Virus record (IMG/VR): IMGVR_UViG_3300042888_001055 | Reading direction: 5' to 3' (one strand) | Length of the DNA stretch: 64,000 nt | DNA from: a virus | In this document: piece after piece, positions 52,098 through 61,878 of the stretch | Numbering within the stretch: position 1 is the stretch's first letter | Layout: each line of letters starts with the position of its first letter | The notes under the pieces: generated by a model | Database searches by the model: none | What the model saw: the letters and a program-made list of their open reading frames with translations, nothing else | What the model was told of the DNA's origin: nothing | Program-made: the position numbers and the translations under genes

Positions 52098-52859
52098 TTA
52101 TGCTATCTTACGCTTTTTGCCACCAAGTTGCCAACCATCATCTAAGTAACTTTGTAGTACATCCTTCTTTACTTTCTTCTCTGTATTGTCTTTGTTGATA
52201 CTTATATTACCAAGTACAGCGTTGGCTACATTAGCTCCGTGTGTCTTTACTTTTGCTACACCTTTTTGTGTTATAGAACGCTTTAGTTTTTCTTCTTCAC
52301 TCATAGGACCTTTAGATTTACCTTTAAGTGCTAAACTTTGTTTTTGTTTTGTTTCTTCACTTGCTATATAACCTGCTCTACTTTCTTTCCACTTAGCAAT
52401 AGTTTCTTCTGATTTTGGTGCTCTTTGTAATGCGGCATTTCTTAAATTTTTTCTATGTTCATCTGTTATTTCTACTCCACCTTTATTCCATGGTACAAGA
52501 TTTTTAGATTTCATAATCTTTGAATGATTCTCAGCGTGTTCTATTCTATATTTTTCATAAACTCTGGAAGTAATTGCTGATGAGTATCGTTGATGTGTAT
52601 CTCCTATTGCCCTCATACCCATCAACGCATATATCATTTTACTTCGTGCTTCTCCATCAGTCATTTTAACTAATAGCCAATGACAAATGAAATGCTCACG
52701 GGCTGATAGATATGTTAGATTAGATTTATCATTAGACCCGCCTAAAGATTGAGGCATAATATGATGCCGTTCTCGTCCGGGTGCTTTGCTCCAATTACGA
52801 GAAACTGAACGGTCTATAAATTTATGATATAGTTTGGTATATTTATTTTCTTTGTACAT
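52098..52859 (-). CDS. Free-standing HNH homing endonuclease with NUMOD3-like DNA-binding repeats
   Basis: ERHHIMPQSLGGSNDKSNLTYLSAREHFICHWLL; SEETKQKQS-type repeats. Start placed at MYKENKY (52859), 5 nt after ATAAATA. Confidence 0.85.
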   Translation of the reverse strand: MYKENKYTKLYHKFIDRSVSRNWSKAPGRERHHIMPQSLGGSNDKSNLTYLSAREHFICHWLLVKMTDGEARSKMIYALMGMRAIGDTHQRYSSAITSRVYEKYRIEHAENHSKIMKSKNLVPWNKGGVEITDEHRKNLRNAALQRAPKSEETIAKWKESRAGYIASEETKQKQSLALKGKSKGPMSEEEKLKRSITQKGVAKVKTHGANVANAVLGNISINKDNTEKKVKKDVLQSYLDDGWQLGGKKRKIA

Positions 52860-52902
52860 AATAGTATTTATGCCAATACTTGACATTCTACTATTATATC
52901 AT

Positions 52903-52928
52903 AAAAAAGAGTGCCGAAGCACCCTTTT
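52903..52928 (-). terminator. Intrinsic terminator after the major capsid gene
   Basis: GGGTGC-TTCG-GCACTC-TTTTTT (cUUCGg loop); a second UUCG hairpin at 52934-52957. Confidence 0.85.
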
Positions 52929-52969
52929 GATTGCAGATTGTCCCGAAAGACAATCTGATGTACCCAATT

Positions 52970-54166
52970 TCACTGAAAAGTTAAATTTTGTACTGCTATT
53001 TCGCCAACATAGTCGGCAGCATTACCAAATGAGCTGGCCGTATTCGTTAATTCGATGTAACCATATCTGGTCATAAAACTAACTACTGGTTCGAATGTTG
53101 ATGGATCCAATACAACTCCACTGCTCATCAATGGAATGTATGGGCAATAGAATGCGGCTGCATCAGTTTCGCTAGAACCTTTATAACCAACTAGTACTGG
53201 AATAGTATCAGCGGCATAACTGTCAACGAACACACGCATAGCGCCGTTCAATGTACCAACAAACTTAGTGTTAGTTGGAGCTTCGAATGTACCTTCTGTA
53301 GTACGAGCAAAAGCACTAGTAGTTGCAGACTGTAGAACAGTCAAGGCAGCACTAGAAACAACTGCCCAGTTACCTGCGCCACGACGTGTACGTTGGGCGA
53401 TCAAGTTAGCAACACGGTTGATTAGAACAGCTAAGGCAGCGTGTTCGTCACCAACGTAAGTAGCTGTACCTGATACAGTAGCTTGGTTGAATGTAAACTC
53501 TGTACTTGCTAGAGTACGTAATGACAAGAGAATCTCTTGGTCAATCTCAGCAGTAATCTCTTGTGCAAGAGCTGCCATGATTTCTGCTTCTACGTCGATA
53601 CCATGTTGAGACTGAGCATCTTGTGCTGCCTCAAATGTCCAACGTGCTTGCAATTTACGTGACTTAGCTTCAACAGCTTGACGTAGAATCTGAACACTGA
53701 TTTGCTTACCACCGTTGCCTTCTAAGGCAGCAGTATCGTTAGCAGTATAATAGCTAGATGACGAATCACCACTTGGTGTGCGTGAATATGCTTGAGCAAT
53801 CAAGAATGGACTTAGTGCTTCTTGACCAGCTGTTACGCTAGTTGCGGCAGTACTATTGTCTGTTAATGATTGAGCATAACGTACACGTAGAGTGTGAATC
53901 TGACCAACTGGTCCTGTCATTGGCTGAACGCCTACCAATTCGTTAGCGATAACGGTTGGCATGACACGACGAATAACTGGAAGAATCACACGGTTTAGTG
54001 TAGCGATATTACCAGCTGTAGTTGTACCGGCTGAAGATTCAGCTAGTAACTGTTTTTTGGTGTTTTCTAAAATAACACCCATTGTTGAACGGCGAGTTCC
54101 TTTTAAGCCTTCTAACAGAGCTTCTTTGGTCTCGTCCCAACGGCTTTCTAAGAGTACTTTTGACAT
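52970..54166 (-). CDS. gp23: Major capsid protein, T4 gp23-like
   Basis: VIRRVMPTVIANELVGVQPMTGPVGQIHTLR, AKSRKLQARWTFEAAQD, EITAEIDQE, FYCPYIPL, FMTRYG. Confidence 0.97.
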   Translation of the reverse strand: MSKVLLESRWDETKEALLEGLKGTRRSTMGVILENTKKQLLAESSAGTTTAGNIATLNRVILPVIRRVMPTVIANELVGVQPMTGPVGQIHTLRVRYAQSLTDNSTAATSVTAGQEALSPFLIAQAYSRTPSGDSSSSYYTANDTAALEGNGGKQISVQILRQAVEAKSRKLQARWTFEAAQDAQSQHGIDVEAEIMAALAQEITAEIDQEILLSLRTLASTEFTFNQATVSGTATYVGDEHAALAVLINRVANLIAQRTRRGAGNWAVVSSAALTVLQSATTSAFARTTEGTFEAPTNTKFVGTLNGAMRVFVDSYAADTIPVLVGYKGSSETDAAAFYCPYIPLMSSGVVLDPSTFEPVVSFMTRYGYIELTNTASSFGNAADYVGEIAVQNLTFQ

Positions 54167-54194
54167 TTTATATTTCTCCTAATGATGTCTTTTT

Positions 54195-55295
54195 TTAAAG
54201 CCCTGCCAGACGCTTGATATCGATAACGTTATCACGTTGTTCCATATCAACTTCTTGTTTGGCAGCTTTATCCCCAGTTGCTTCTACGATAACTGATTCT
54301 GTTAATTTAGCTTTTTGTGCTGGTTTAACATTACCGTTATTTAGAACTGCTGGAAGATACTTATCGAAAGCGGCTTGTAGACGTGGTGTCTGGACGCTTT
54401 CTAGTAAGTTCTGCATTACTGATGCCTTTTCTTCGTTCAATGTAGCAAGTAACTCGCCCATTGTTTTTTCACGTAGATTAGACTCTTTAATAATACGAAC
54501 TTCACGTTCCTTTGATTCAATCAACTTCTTAGCGTTGCTGATTGTATTGATGGATTCGGCTAGTTTCTGATCTTTTTCTTCTAGCTGAGTCATTAGTTTG
54601 CGAGTTTCTGCTTTCTCACTTAAGTGAGTGACACTGAATTCACTTGCGAAACTTTCAAAGATACGACGACCAAAACTGTTCTCCCGAGCAATCTTGATAT
54701 CTTCTTTCAATTGACCTAATTCACCTTTGAGTTGGTTAGCGACAACCGTAGTCAATCTTTTTGCAGATTCAGCAACAAAACGTTGCTTCAATGCTTCAAG
54801 TTGTATACGACCTTCAGCAACTAACTTAACCTTAGCTTCTACTACTGCTTGTTTGTCTTGTGTGAATTCTTTAATTTCACGTGCTAAAGCATGAACAATA
54901 AATTGTTCTAACTTTTCTTGACTTTCCATTTGTAGTTTACGCTCGCTACGTAGTTCTTTGATTTCTTCGGCTAGTTTAGTAACCATAAAATCATTAAATT
55001 TTGTAGCTGATTCACGCAATTTTTGTTGCGCTATCACACGGTCTTCATTCATTGCTTGACGTTCAGTTTGAAATTCTTCAATCTCATGCTGTAGTCCTTC
55101 ACTGACCATTTTATCAAGGGCTTCTACCATCACGTATCTGTCATGTTCATAACGTTGTGCGAATTCTTCACGCAATTCTGCACGTACTTGCTCACGAGCC
55201 TCATTCAATTTAGATTCCCATGCCTCGTTTATAGCGACACCTGTTTCTTCATTGATTAATCCACTCTCAAGTAATGGTTTGATAGCATCTAACAT
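54195..55295 (-). CDS. gp22: Prohead core scaffold protein, T4 gp22-like
   Basis: Glu-rich coiled coil between protease and capsid genes. Confidence 0.85.
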   Translation of the reverse strand: MLDAIKPLLESGLINEETGVAINEAWESKLNEAREQVRAELREEFAQRYEHDRYVMVEALDKMVSEGLQHEIEEFQTERQAMNEDRVIAQQKLRESATKFNDFMVTKLAEEIKELRSERKLQMESQEKLEQFIVHALAREIKEFTQDKQAVVEAKVKLVAEGRIQLEALKQRFVAESAKRLTTVVANQLKGELGQLKEDIKIARENSFGRRIFESFASEFSVTHLSEKAETRKLMTQLEEKDQKLAESINTISNAKKLIESKEREVRIIKESNLREKTMGELLATLNEEKASVMQNLLESVQTPRLQAAFDKYLPAVLNNGNVKPAQKAKLTESVIVEATGDKAAKQEVDMEQRDNVIDIKRLAGL

Positions 55296-55297
55296 GC

Positions 55298-55942
55298 TTA
55301 ATCCCCTTTGTTAATTTTGAGATCCTTGATAAGACGAACCACTTCGTCTTTCAGGTATCTCTGTACCTTCTTGTCGCCTTGTGCCTCTTTTGCTAGATCC
55401 AACAACTTATGACCATGACGCATATTCATCATGCCTTCATAGATTGCTTTAGGATAAGCATTGGGTGCACTAGGTTGTGCGACAATATCCACAGTGACTA
55501 TTTCAAAGTCACTAACTTTGCCGTCCAAGTCATTCACGTTACCGCTACCACGACTTGAAACGCCGAGTTTCACACCACTCTCCAACATAGTAGACACTAA
55601 CTGTCCCATTGGGGTTGGTAAAATCTTTAACTTGCCAAAACCATTAGCACCATCCATCCACATACTAGTAATCATATGTGATACACGGTCTAGGTTAATT
55701 TTTAAGTCATCTGGGTGATCTACTTCACCTAATACTGAATAGCCTTCTGTAATTTGTCTGTTAAGAGTTTCAACGGCACTTTCAATTTCAGAAACGGGGT
55801 AGACACGCTCATTAGCGTTCTTTACCCCACCCTGAATGAAGATACCCTTCATATAAAGGCTCTTCAAAGCACCTTCACCTGTGCTTTCGACCACCATACT
55901 AGCACGGTCGAAAGTCAGATGCTCTTTAAGATACAAAGCCAT
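55298..55942 (-). CDS. gp21: Prohead maturation protease, T4 gp21-like
   Basis: GIFIQGGVKNANERVYP, LGEVDHP, INLDRVSHMI, LGVSSRGSG, DIVAQPSAPNAY. Confidence 0.95.
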   Translation of the reverse strand: MALYLKEHLTFDRASMVVESTGEGALKSLYMKGIFIQGGVKNANERVYPVSEIESAVETLNRQITEGYSVLGEVDHPDDLKINLDRVSHMITSMWMDGANGFGKLKILPTPMGQLVSTMLESGVKLGVSSRGSGNVNDLDGKVSDFEIVTVDIVAQPSAPNAYPKAIYEGMMNMRHGHKLLDLAKEAQGDKKVQRYLKDEVVRLIKDLKINKGD

Positions 55943-55956
55943 TGCTCTCAAATTCC

Positions 55957-56775
55957 TTAAATGCGTCTTTTAGCAGTAGTTCTACGTGACTCTGCTACTG
56001 GGCTACGAACTTTACCTGCTTCGTCTTTAGTGACTGGCTTAGGTGCAGCTGTTAAGTCTGCATTATTTTGTGCTGGACTATTCTTAAATGATCCTGCACC
56101 TTTAACAGATGTTTCACCTTTTGCATATGCATTACTTGGGCCTTTTGGTCCTGTTGGAACTGATTCACTAGCACCACTGAACTTAACTGGTCTGCTGTCC
56201 ATTCCAGCTTGACCGCTATTAGCGTCTACTGTACTTTTGTTTTGAACACCATTGTCACCGTGAGTTACAGAAACTTTCTTTAGTGTGATAGCTTCCATCA
56301 TAGGATCTTCTTCACCACCCATATCACCCATGTCGTCATCGCCCATGTCATCCATGTCGCCTTCGTCATCACCCATATCACCCATGTCGTCATCACCGCC
56401 CATGATATCTTCAAACTCAGCCATTAGCTGGTCTAATTTATCTTCTAGGTCAACAACACGGTCTTCTAAACCTTCTTCGCCACCTTCTTCACTGTCCATT
56501 TCAATGTCAACAGTTTCTTCACCGTCGTCATCCATGTCATCGATGTCAAATTCTTCATCTTCACCTTCTGCCATACCAGTTTGTTCGCTACCAATTTCGT
56601 CTAACAAATCTTCTACTGGACCAGATGGCTGATTCATCATGTCATCTTCGTCCATCATTGTTTCATAAATTTCGCGGCTTTTCTCAACTACGATATCGTG
56701 AAATAATGCGCGGGCTTGTTCTTCGTTCTCATTGATAATCAAATCAATCAGTTGTTCAAATTTTTTATTATCCAT
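55957..56775 (-). CDS. Highly acidic putative prohead core protein
   Basis: Asp/Glu-rich, located between portal and protease as T4 genes 67/68 are. Confidence 0.65.
   Translation of the reverse strand: MDNKKFEQLIDLIINENEEQARALFHDIVVEKSREIYETMMDEDDMMNQPSGPVEDLLDEIGSEQTGMAEGEDEEFDIDDMDDDGEETVDIEMDSEEGGEEGLEDRVVDLEDKLDQLMAEFEDIMGGDDDMGDMGDDEGDMDDMGDDDMGDMGGEEDPMMEAITLKKVSVTHGDNGVQNKSTVDANSGQAGMDSRPVKFSGASESVPTGPKGPSNAYAKGETSVKGAGSFKNSPAQNNADLTAAPKPVTKDEAGKVRSPVAESRRTTAKRRI
56316..56394. repeat. 25-bp exact direct repeat (56316-56340, 56370-56394) encoding DDMGDMG
   Basis: CACCCATATCACCCATGTCGTCATC occurs twice. Confidence 0.85.
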
Positions 56776-56826
56776 TGAATGTCTCCTATATAAATGGCTT
56801 TGTAGAATTATTTAGTGTGTATATGG

Positions 56827-56855
56827 CAAAACAGCACAATAAGTGCTGTTTTTTT
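56827..56855. terminator. Hairpin with T tracts in both directions, possible bidirectional terminator
   Basis: AAAACAGCAC-AATAA-GTGCTGTTTT; CTAAATA promoter motif just beyond it on the minus strand at 56815-56809. Confidence 0.6.
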
Positions 56856-56886
56856 GCGTTTTTGCCTAGAATAAGGCTTTTTTATA

Positions 56887-57111
56887 TTATAATTGTGGTT
56901 GATCAGGTTTTGGCTGACTATATTGTGCGTTAATCTTTTTAAGATAGTTAGCCTTTTCGTAATTTCTAACATCATTCATCTTACGTAATTTACGAATCTG
57001 ACGTAATGTTAATTTAGTTTTACGGCTTTCTTTCCACTTTGGTTTGCTGTTATCAGACTCTACATCTTGGTAACCTTCAATAGCGGGAGTAAACATCTCA
57101 AAAAGTTTCAT
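56887..57111 (-). CDS. Small basic head-associated protein
   Basis: 74 aa, RKTKLTLRQIRKLRKMND, directly after the portal gene. Confidence 0.7.
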   Translation of the reverse strand: MKLFEMFTPAIEGYQDVESDNSKPKWKESRKTKLTLRQIRKLRKMNDVRNYEKANYLKKINAQYSQPKPDQPQL

Positions 57112-57125
57112 ATTGTTTATTTATC

Positions 57126-58916
57126 TTAAATCTGTCCGGGCGCACCGCCTGGTGCATTGCCTGCCATATTACCGGCATCATTACCAACTGGACCAGCTAC
57201 TTCCATACCGTCTAATCCACCTTCTGGTTCAGGTGCATTCATATCTTCACCAGTTTGTGTATCAGATTCAATATCACCCACTGACACTCCAATACTACGT
57301 AAATCATTACCTTGTGGTTCAATCTCAATCTCTTTATCATTTTCTTCACGCCACATTTTTTCGTTTTTACTGATTTCTTCTTCGGATAAGCCCAAGAATC
57401 GTTCTAACGCAAAACGTTTACTTATGTATGGATATTGTTCAATAGCACTGAATGAAGTAATACGTGCTGTATCTAATTCACTTTGGCGATAGGCTGCAAA
57501 GTTCTGTGGTGGATTAAACTGTAATTGAAATAAACCACTATCAATATTCAATCCTCTCCAACGTAAGAATAACTTAAATTCTTCGTCTAGCTTTTGACTG
57601 ATATATTTCTGTAGTCGTTCGCAATATTGATTGAAACGGAACTCTTGAATCATAGCTGTACCAACACGTCCGTCACTCATTGGAGTAGGATTATCATCTG
57701 GTCCTGTTGGAAGATAGCTACTTGGCACACGTAAACCACGTGCTAATCTGTTGTTAAAGTAACGCAAGTCATCAATCTCACCCAAATTTTGTCCACCGGG
57801 CAACACTTCAACACTTGATCCTCTTCCGTCAGCAGTAACTGGAAAGAAGTAATCTTCATTCATACTTAATGGGTTATAGCTAGCATCAACTACACTTCCA
57901 CCACCATGTGTACTTGGAATACGTCTTTGATGTATCTCATTCTTAATACGTTCAACGAAAGCCATAGCTAAGTGACTTGGCATATTACCAACGTCAATCT
58001 TAAACATTCTACGTTCTGGAGCACGTTGTACACGATATATAAGAACCGCGTCTTCTAATAATTCTTTTTGCTTATATACCTTAAAGACATTCTCTAAAAT
58101 ACTTTGACCAAAGGGCCAAAAGCGGTCTAATCCTTCTGTTAAGCTTAAGTGGACAACGTGTTTAGCATCAATGGCTGCTTCACTTTGACCTAATGTAAAC
58201 CGACTACCTGATGTGTTGTAGGGCATACTTGGAACAGTATATCCTCCACCTGCGCCTCCACCACCTGTACCGCCCATACCAGTTGCTGGGTTAGAGGCAA
58301 AGTCTGTATTAGTTTTAGTAGCCACTGATAAGTTTTGTAAGTTAATGTTAATATCTTTAATAACATATTGTTCAGGCTTTTTACCTTCACTTTCATTTAC
58401 AATAACTTTAATAACCTTAGTCATATCGACCCAGTATAACTTAAAATTTTCTGGGTCACGTACAAATACCTGATCACCGTACTTAATAGTATTACGGAAG
58501 ATTTTGAATGTTCTAGTGTCAAATTCGTTTAATTTGCACCACTGTTGTAGTTGAGTTTTTAGTAATTCAACTTCATGTTGTGTTGGTTCATCTTTGAAAT
58601 TTAAGTCAAAGGGTGTTTTATTATGTTCATTTGTTTGTGTGCTGAATTCACTTATAATGTCTAAGCAAGCGTTAATCTCAGCATCAACGTCCATCATTTC
58701 ATATTGGTTGTAACGTTCAATACGATTTGGGTGACCGGTATATACTTCTGGTAAACGGCTACGATAGTTCTTATAGCCCATTTCAGCATTATTGTAACCG
58801 CCGGTATCACTACCGTTTTGTCCTGGGCTACCGTTCCATGCACCGGTGTTATTATTAAAACCAGATATGGGACTAGAGATACCGGATTTGTTTGAGAAGC
58901 GTTTTTTATAGGTCAT
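57126..58916 (-). CDS. gp20: Portal protein, T4 gp20-like
   Basis: LLEDAVLIYRVQRAPERRMFKIDVGNMP, MNEDYFFP, SSVEVLPGGQNLGEIDDLRYF, LRVPSSYL. Confidence 0.97.
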   Translation of the reverse strand: MTYKKRFSNKSGISSPISGFNNNTGAWNGSPGQNGSDTGGYNNAEMGYKNYRSRLPEVYTGHPNRIERYNQYEMMDVDAEINACLDIISEFSTQTNEHNKTPFDLNFKDEPTQHEVELLKTQLQQWCKLNEFDTRTFKIFRNTIKYGDQVFVRDPENFKLYWVDMTKVIKVIVNESEGKKPEQYVIKDININLQNLSVATKTNTDFASNPATGMGGTGGGGAGGGYTVPSMPYNTSGSRFTLGQSEAAIDAKHVVHLSLTEGLDRFWPFGQSILENVFKVYKQKELLEDAVLIYRVQRAPERRMFKIDVGNMPSHLAMAFVERIKNEIHQRRIPSTHGGGSVVDASYNPLSMNEDYFFPVTADGRGSSVEVLPGGQNLGEIDDLRYFNNRLARGLRVPSSYLPTGPDDNPTPMSDGRVGTAMIQEFRFNQYCERLQKYISQKLDEEFKLFLRWRGLNIDSGLFQLQFNPPQNFAAYRQSELDTARITSFSAIEQYPYISKRFALERFLGLSEEEISKNEKMWREENDKEIEIEPQGNDLRSIGVSVGDIESDTQTGEDMNAPEPEGGLDGMEVAGPVGNDAGNMAGNAPGGAPGQI

Positions 58917-58943
58917 AGTAGATACTTTGTCTAGTATTTAGCG

Positions 58944-61781
58944 TTAAACCATTGTATTACGTAATAATTTATCTGATATAGCATTACCGGTACTTAGTTG
59001 AGAAATCATTTCATCAAATTTATCTTCCATCATTTGCATCATTGATTGAGTAATGCCAGCAAGTTGATCTACTCCCGGCATAGACATGCTTGTTAATGGA
59101 TCTTTTGACACATTATTATTTAATGGAACAATAGCTTCTCTACCGTGAAGTTCAACATCATATCCAGAACTAGGTCCATCAAATATTCCTCCATCCATTG
59201 CTTTAAGTAAACTTCCTCCCTCTGATTTGGCAGCACTAAAATGCATAGCGTCTTTACTACTTCGCCAATTTCCTCCCCAACCTAGACCAAGGCCTCGTGC
59301 AACATCAGCTATCTCTGCAGGCATATCTGTAACCAAAGTACTACCCATTGGATTAGTATCAGGATTGATATCTATTGCTGCTCCATGAGCATGTATACTT
59401 TTTACTCCTGCTTTACCTCTTACATCTCTATCAATATATCCACCTAAACTACGAATATCATATCCGGCATTATCTAAATAGTCAACTAATTTTTGAAATT
59501 GCGGAGCATACTCGGCATTAACCTGAGCTGATCTACCTGATTTACTAGTAATACTAGACAATTTAATATTACTACCGCCTCCTCCTCCACTAGAACTATG
59601 TTCATTGCTTGGGCCTCCAGCCTTTGAACTTACACTTCTAGTGGTTGGTGCGTCTTCAGCTTCTGCTTTAAATTTATGTCCGCCGGCTTTTGCTTGGTCT
59701 GTATTTAGATATGCTTCTTGTCCACTGGCTCTGCGTTCTTTGTTTATTACTCTTAACTCATTTTGCATTGCCATTTGACGTTCCATCTTCTTCGCCATAG
59801 CAATCTGTGATTGTTTATTAAATTCTTCTTCTTCTAATTGAGTTTTTTTAGCCTTTTCCTTAGCTACATCTACTGCCTTTTGTAATTCTGCTTTATCTTT
59901 ATCAGTTTTGTTAGGATCAGTTTGTGCTTTTTTTAACAGTAAAATTGCATCTTTAAGCTCTTTTTGTGCATCAATATTTTCGTCCATTACTTTTTGTTGG
60001 TTAAGTAATGCTTTATTATCTTCTTCATTATTAGATAAACCCTCATTAGGATCTTTACCTAAAATTTTGTTAATGTATTTCATTAAATCTACCATAGATT
60101 TAGTAAAAGCATTTACTGCACTAGAAGCCATTGGCAATGCTAATGTTCCCATTTTGAAAACTTCTTGCCCCATTCTTTCCATGTTTTGTTGAGCTTGAAC
60201 TGTATTTTCAGTTAAATCACCGGCTGCCTTTTTTTGTTTATTTTGTATTTCTATAGCCTCTTCCAAAGATACATTATTTTGATTTTGTATATCTCTTAAT
60301 GAACTATAACTACCTAATGTTTTAGTATCAGGCATCAATGCAAAGGTTTCTTTACCAAAAGTATCAATAGCTTGTTTAGCACCCTTCTTCATCATTGTCT
60401 GCGCTAAATCAAAATTCTTTGCTACTTCTTCAGGTTTAGAATTTTTTAACTTATCTATTACGTCAGGTACAGTATCACCCATAACTCTCAACGCTTTTTT
60501 GGCTGCTTCAGTATTTGCACCAGATGTTAAATCCATAAATCCACGTTTTAATTCTGGATCTTTAATAGTTAATGCAAATTGTTTTATAGCTTCTGCACCG
60601 GCAGCATTTTCTTCAGCAATAACATCCATACTAGCCGAGAAACGACTGTCAGCTAGTTGTTCATTACGTTGTTTTATTATATCTTCTTTGCTTAAGCCGG
60701 TTACCTTTTGTAATGCATCTAGTTCTTGTGCATACTTAGCAGTACCCTTTGCTAGCTGTTCTTCAGTCATGTTTCTAGCACGACCTAATTTAAGTTCCTG
60801 TTGTAAGAATCCAGCTGAAGCAGTTCCTATATCATCAGCAGTCATTCCTAATTTACGTAATTCTAATCCAGCTTCTGCCAACGGACCGTCACCTTTAGTC
60901 AACATACCTACAGCTTTAGTAAACTTATCAGCACCTCCACCTACTGTTTTACCCCATTGTGCTAAGTCACCAGCATTCTCTCTTATTGCTTTTTTGAATC
61001 CTTCAAGACTCATACCTGATTCTAGAAATTGTCTGGAAACACCTTCCATACCTTCCGCAGTTAATGCACCTGCATTTGCTAATTCTTGAAATGCCTTAAG
61101 GTTTTTGTCCATTAATTCTAAAACAAATTTAGCACCTTCGGCTGCGGCTTTAGTAGCTCCTGCTATTGCTTCACCTACAAATGGTATAGCCTTAGCCAAG
61201 CTAGCTAATGAGTTTGCTACAATATCAATTAATGGATTTAATGATGTGAAATTAGTATTGCCGTTTGCTAAACCCATAGCAAAACTACCTAATCCTTTAG
61301 TAAGATCACCTAGACCTTTGACAAAGTTACTCCCAAATTCATCCTGGGCTTTTTGTAATTCTGCCTGTTTGGCTTTTGATCGTTCTTCACTAGCTCCTTC
61401 TTTTCTTAATCTGTCTAGTACCTTTTTTTGTTCTTTGTCTAGATCAAGATTTTGCCTACTAAGCATTTTTGTTAAATTATTTTGATCATCAATAAAATAA
61501 TTATAATTTTCTAACTCTTTTTCATATAGAACTTGTTTTCTATTTTGTAGGGCCTGCTCCTTACCTAAAAGTCTTTCTAAATCACTATTGATTTTTTGTT
61601 CAATTTTGCCACGTCTTGCACCAGTGGCTTCAAGAGCCTTCAAAGTGCCTGCTTCTACGTTACCGTGAGCATCTAATTTAGCGGTTACACCATGACGGAT
61701 TCTTAACTCTTCCTCAGCTAAATCAGCTTGCATTCCCAAAGCTTCTTTTAATCTTCTAAATTCTTCCGATTCTTCAGCCAT
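58944..61781 (-). CDS. Tape-measure-like helical protein with C-terminal M15 family peptidase domain
   Basis: Long Ala/Lys/Glu-rich helical body; SIHAHGAAIDIN...GLGWGGNW..KDAMHFS zinc peptidase motif. Confidence 0.75.
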   Translation of the reverse strand: MAEESEEFRRLKEALGMQADLAEEELRIRHGVTAKLDAHGNVEAGTLKALEATGARRGKIEQKINSDLERLLGKEQALQNRKQVLYEKELENYNYFIDDQNNLTKMLSRQNLDLDKEQKKVLDRLRKEGASEERSKAKQAELQKAQDEFGSNFVKGLGDLTKGLGSFAMGLANGNTNFTSLNPLIDIVANSLASLAKAIPFVGEAIAGATKAAAEGAKFVLELMDKNLKAFQELANAGALTAEGMEGVSRQFLESGMSLEGFKKAIRENAGDLAQWGKTVGGGADKFTKAVGMLTKGDGPLAEAGLELRKLGMTADDIGTASAGFLQQELKLGRARNMTEEQLAKGTAKYAQELDALQKVTGLSKEDIIKQRNEQLADSRFSASMDVIAEENAAGAEAIKQFALTIKDPELKRGFMDLTSGANTEAAKKALRVMGDTVPDVIDKLKNSKPEEVAKNFDLAQTMMKKGAKQAIDTFGKETFALMPDTKTLGSYSSLRDIQNQNNVSLEEAIEIQNKQKKAAGDLTENTVQAQQNMERMGQEVFKMGTLALPMASSAVNAFTKSMVDLMKYINKILGKDPNEGLSNNEEDNKALLNQQKVMDENIDAQKELKDAILLLKKAQTDPNKTDKDKAELQKAVDVAKEKAKKTQLEEEEFNKQSQIAMAKKMERQMAMQNELRVINKERRASGQEAYLNTDQAKAGGHKFKAEAEDAPTTRSVSSKAGGPSNEHSSSGGGGGSNIKLSSITSKSGRSAQVNAEYAPQFQKLVDYLDNAGYDIRSLGGYIDRDVRGKAGVKSIHAHGAAIDINPDTNPMGSTLVTDMPAEIADVARGLGLGWGGNWRSSKDAMHFSAAKSEGGSLLKAMDGGIFDGPSSGYDVELHGREAIVPLNNNVSKDPLTSMSMPGVDQLAGITQSMMQMMEDKFDEMISQLSTGNAISDKLLRNTMV

Positions 61782-61802
61782 ATATTTTACTCATAATGTT
61801 AT

Positions 61803-61849
61803 TATTTAAAGGCGTAAATTGTACCCACTAAATAGTTCATAGTATTTAT
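61803..61849. promoter_or_regulatory. Interleaved divergent putative late promoters
   Basis: TTAAATA (minus, 61809-61803), ATAAATA (minus, 61849-61843), CTAAATA (plus, 61828-61834). Confidence 0.6.
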
Positions 61850-61878
61850 GATTGTAAAAAACCCGTTTTGGAGAACAT

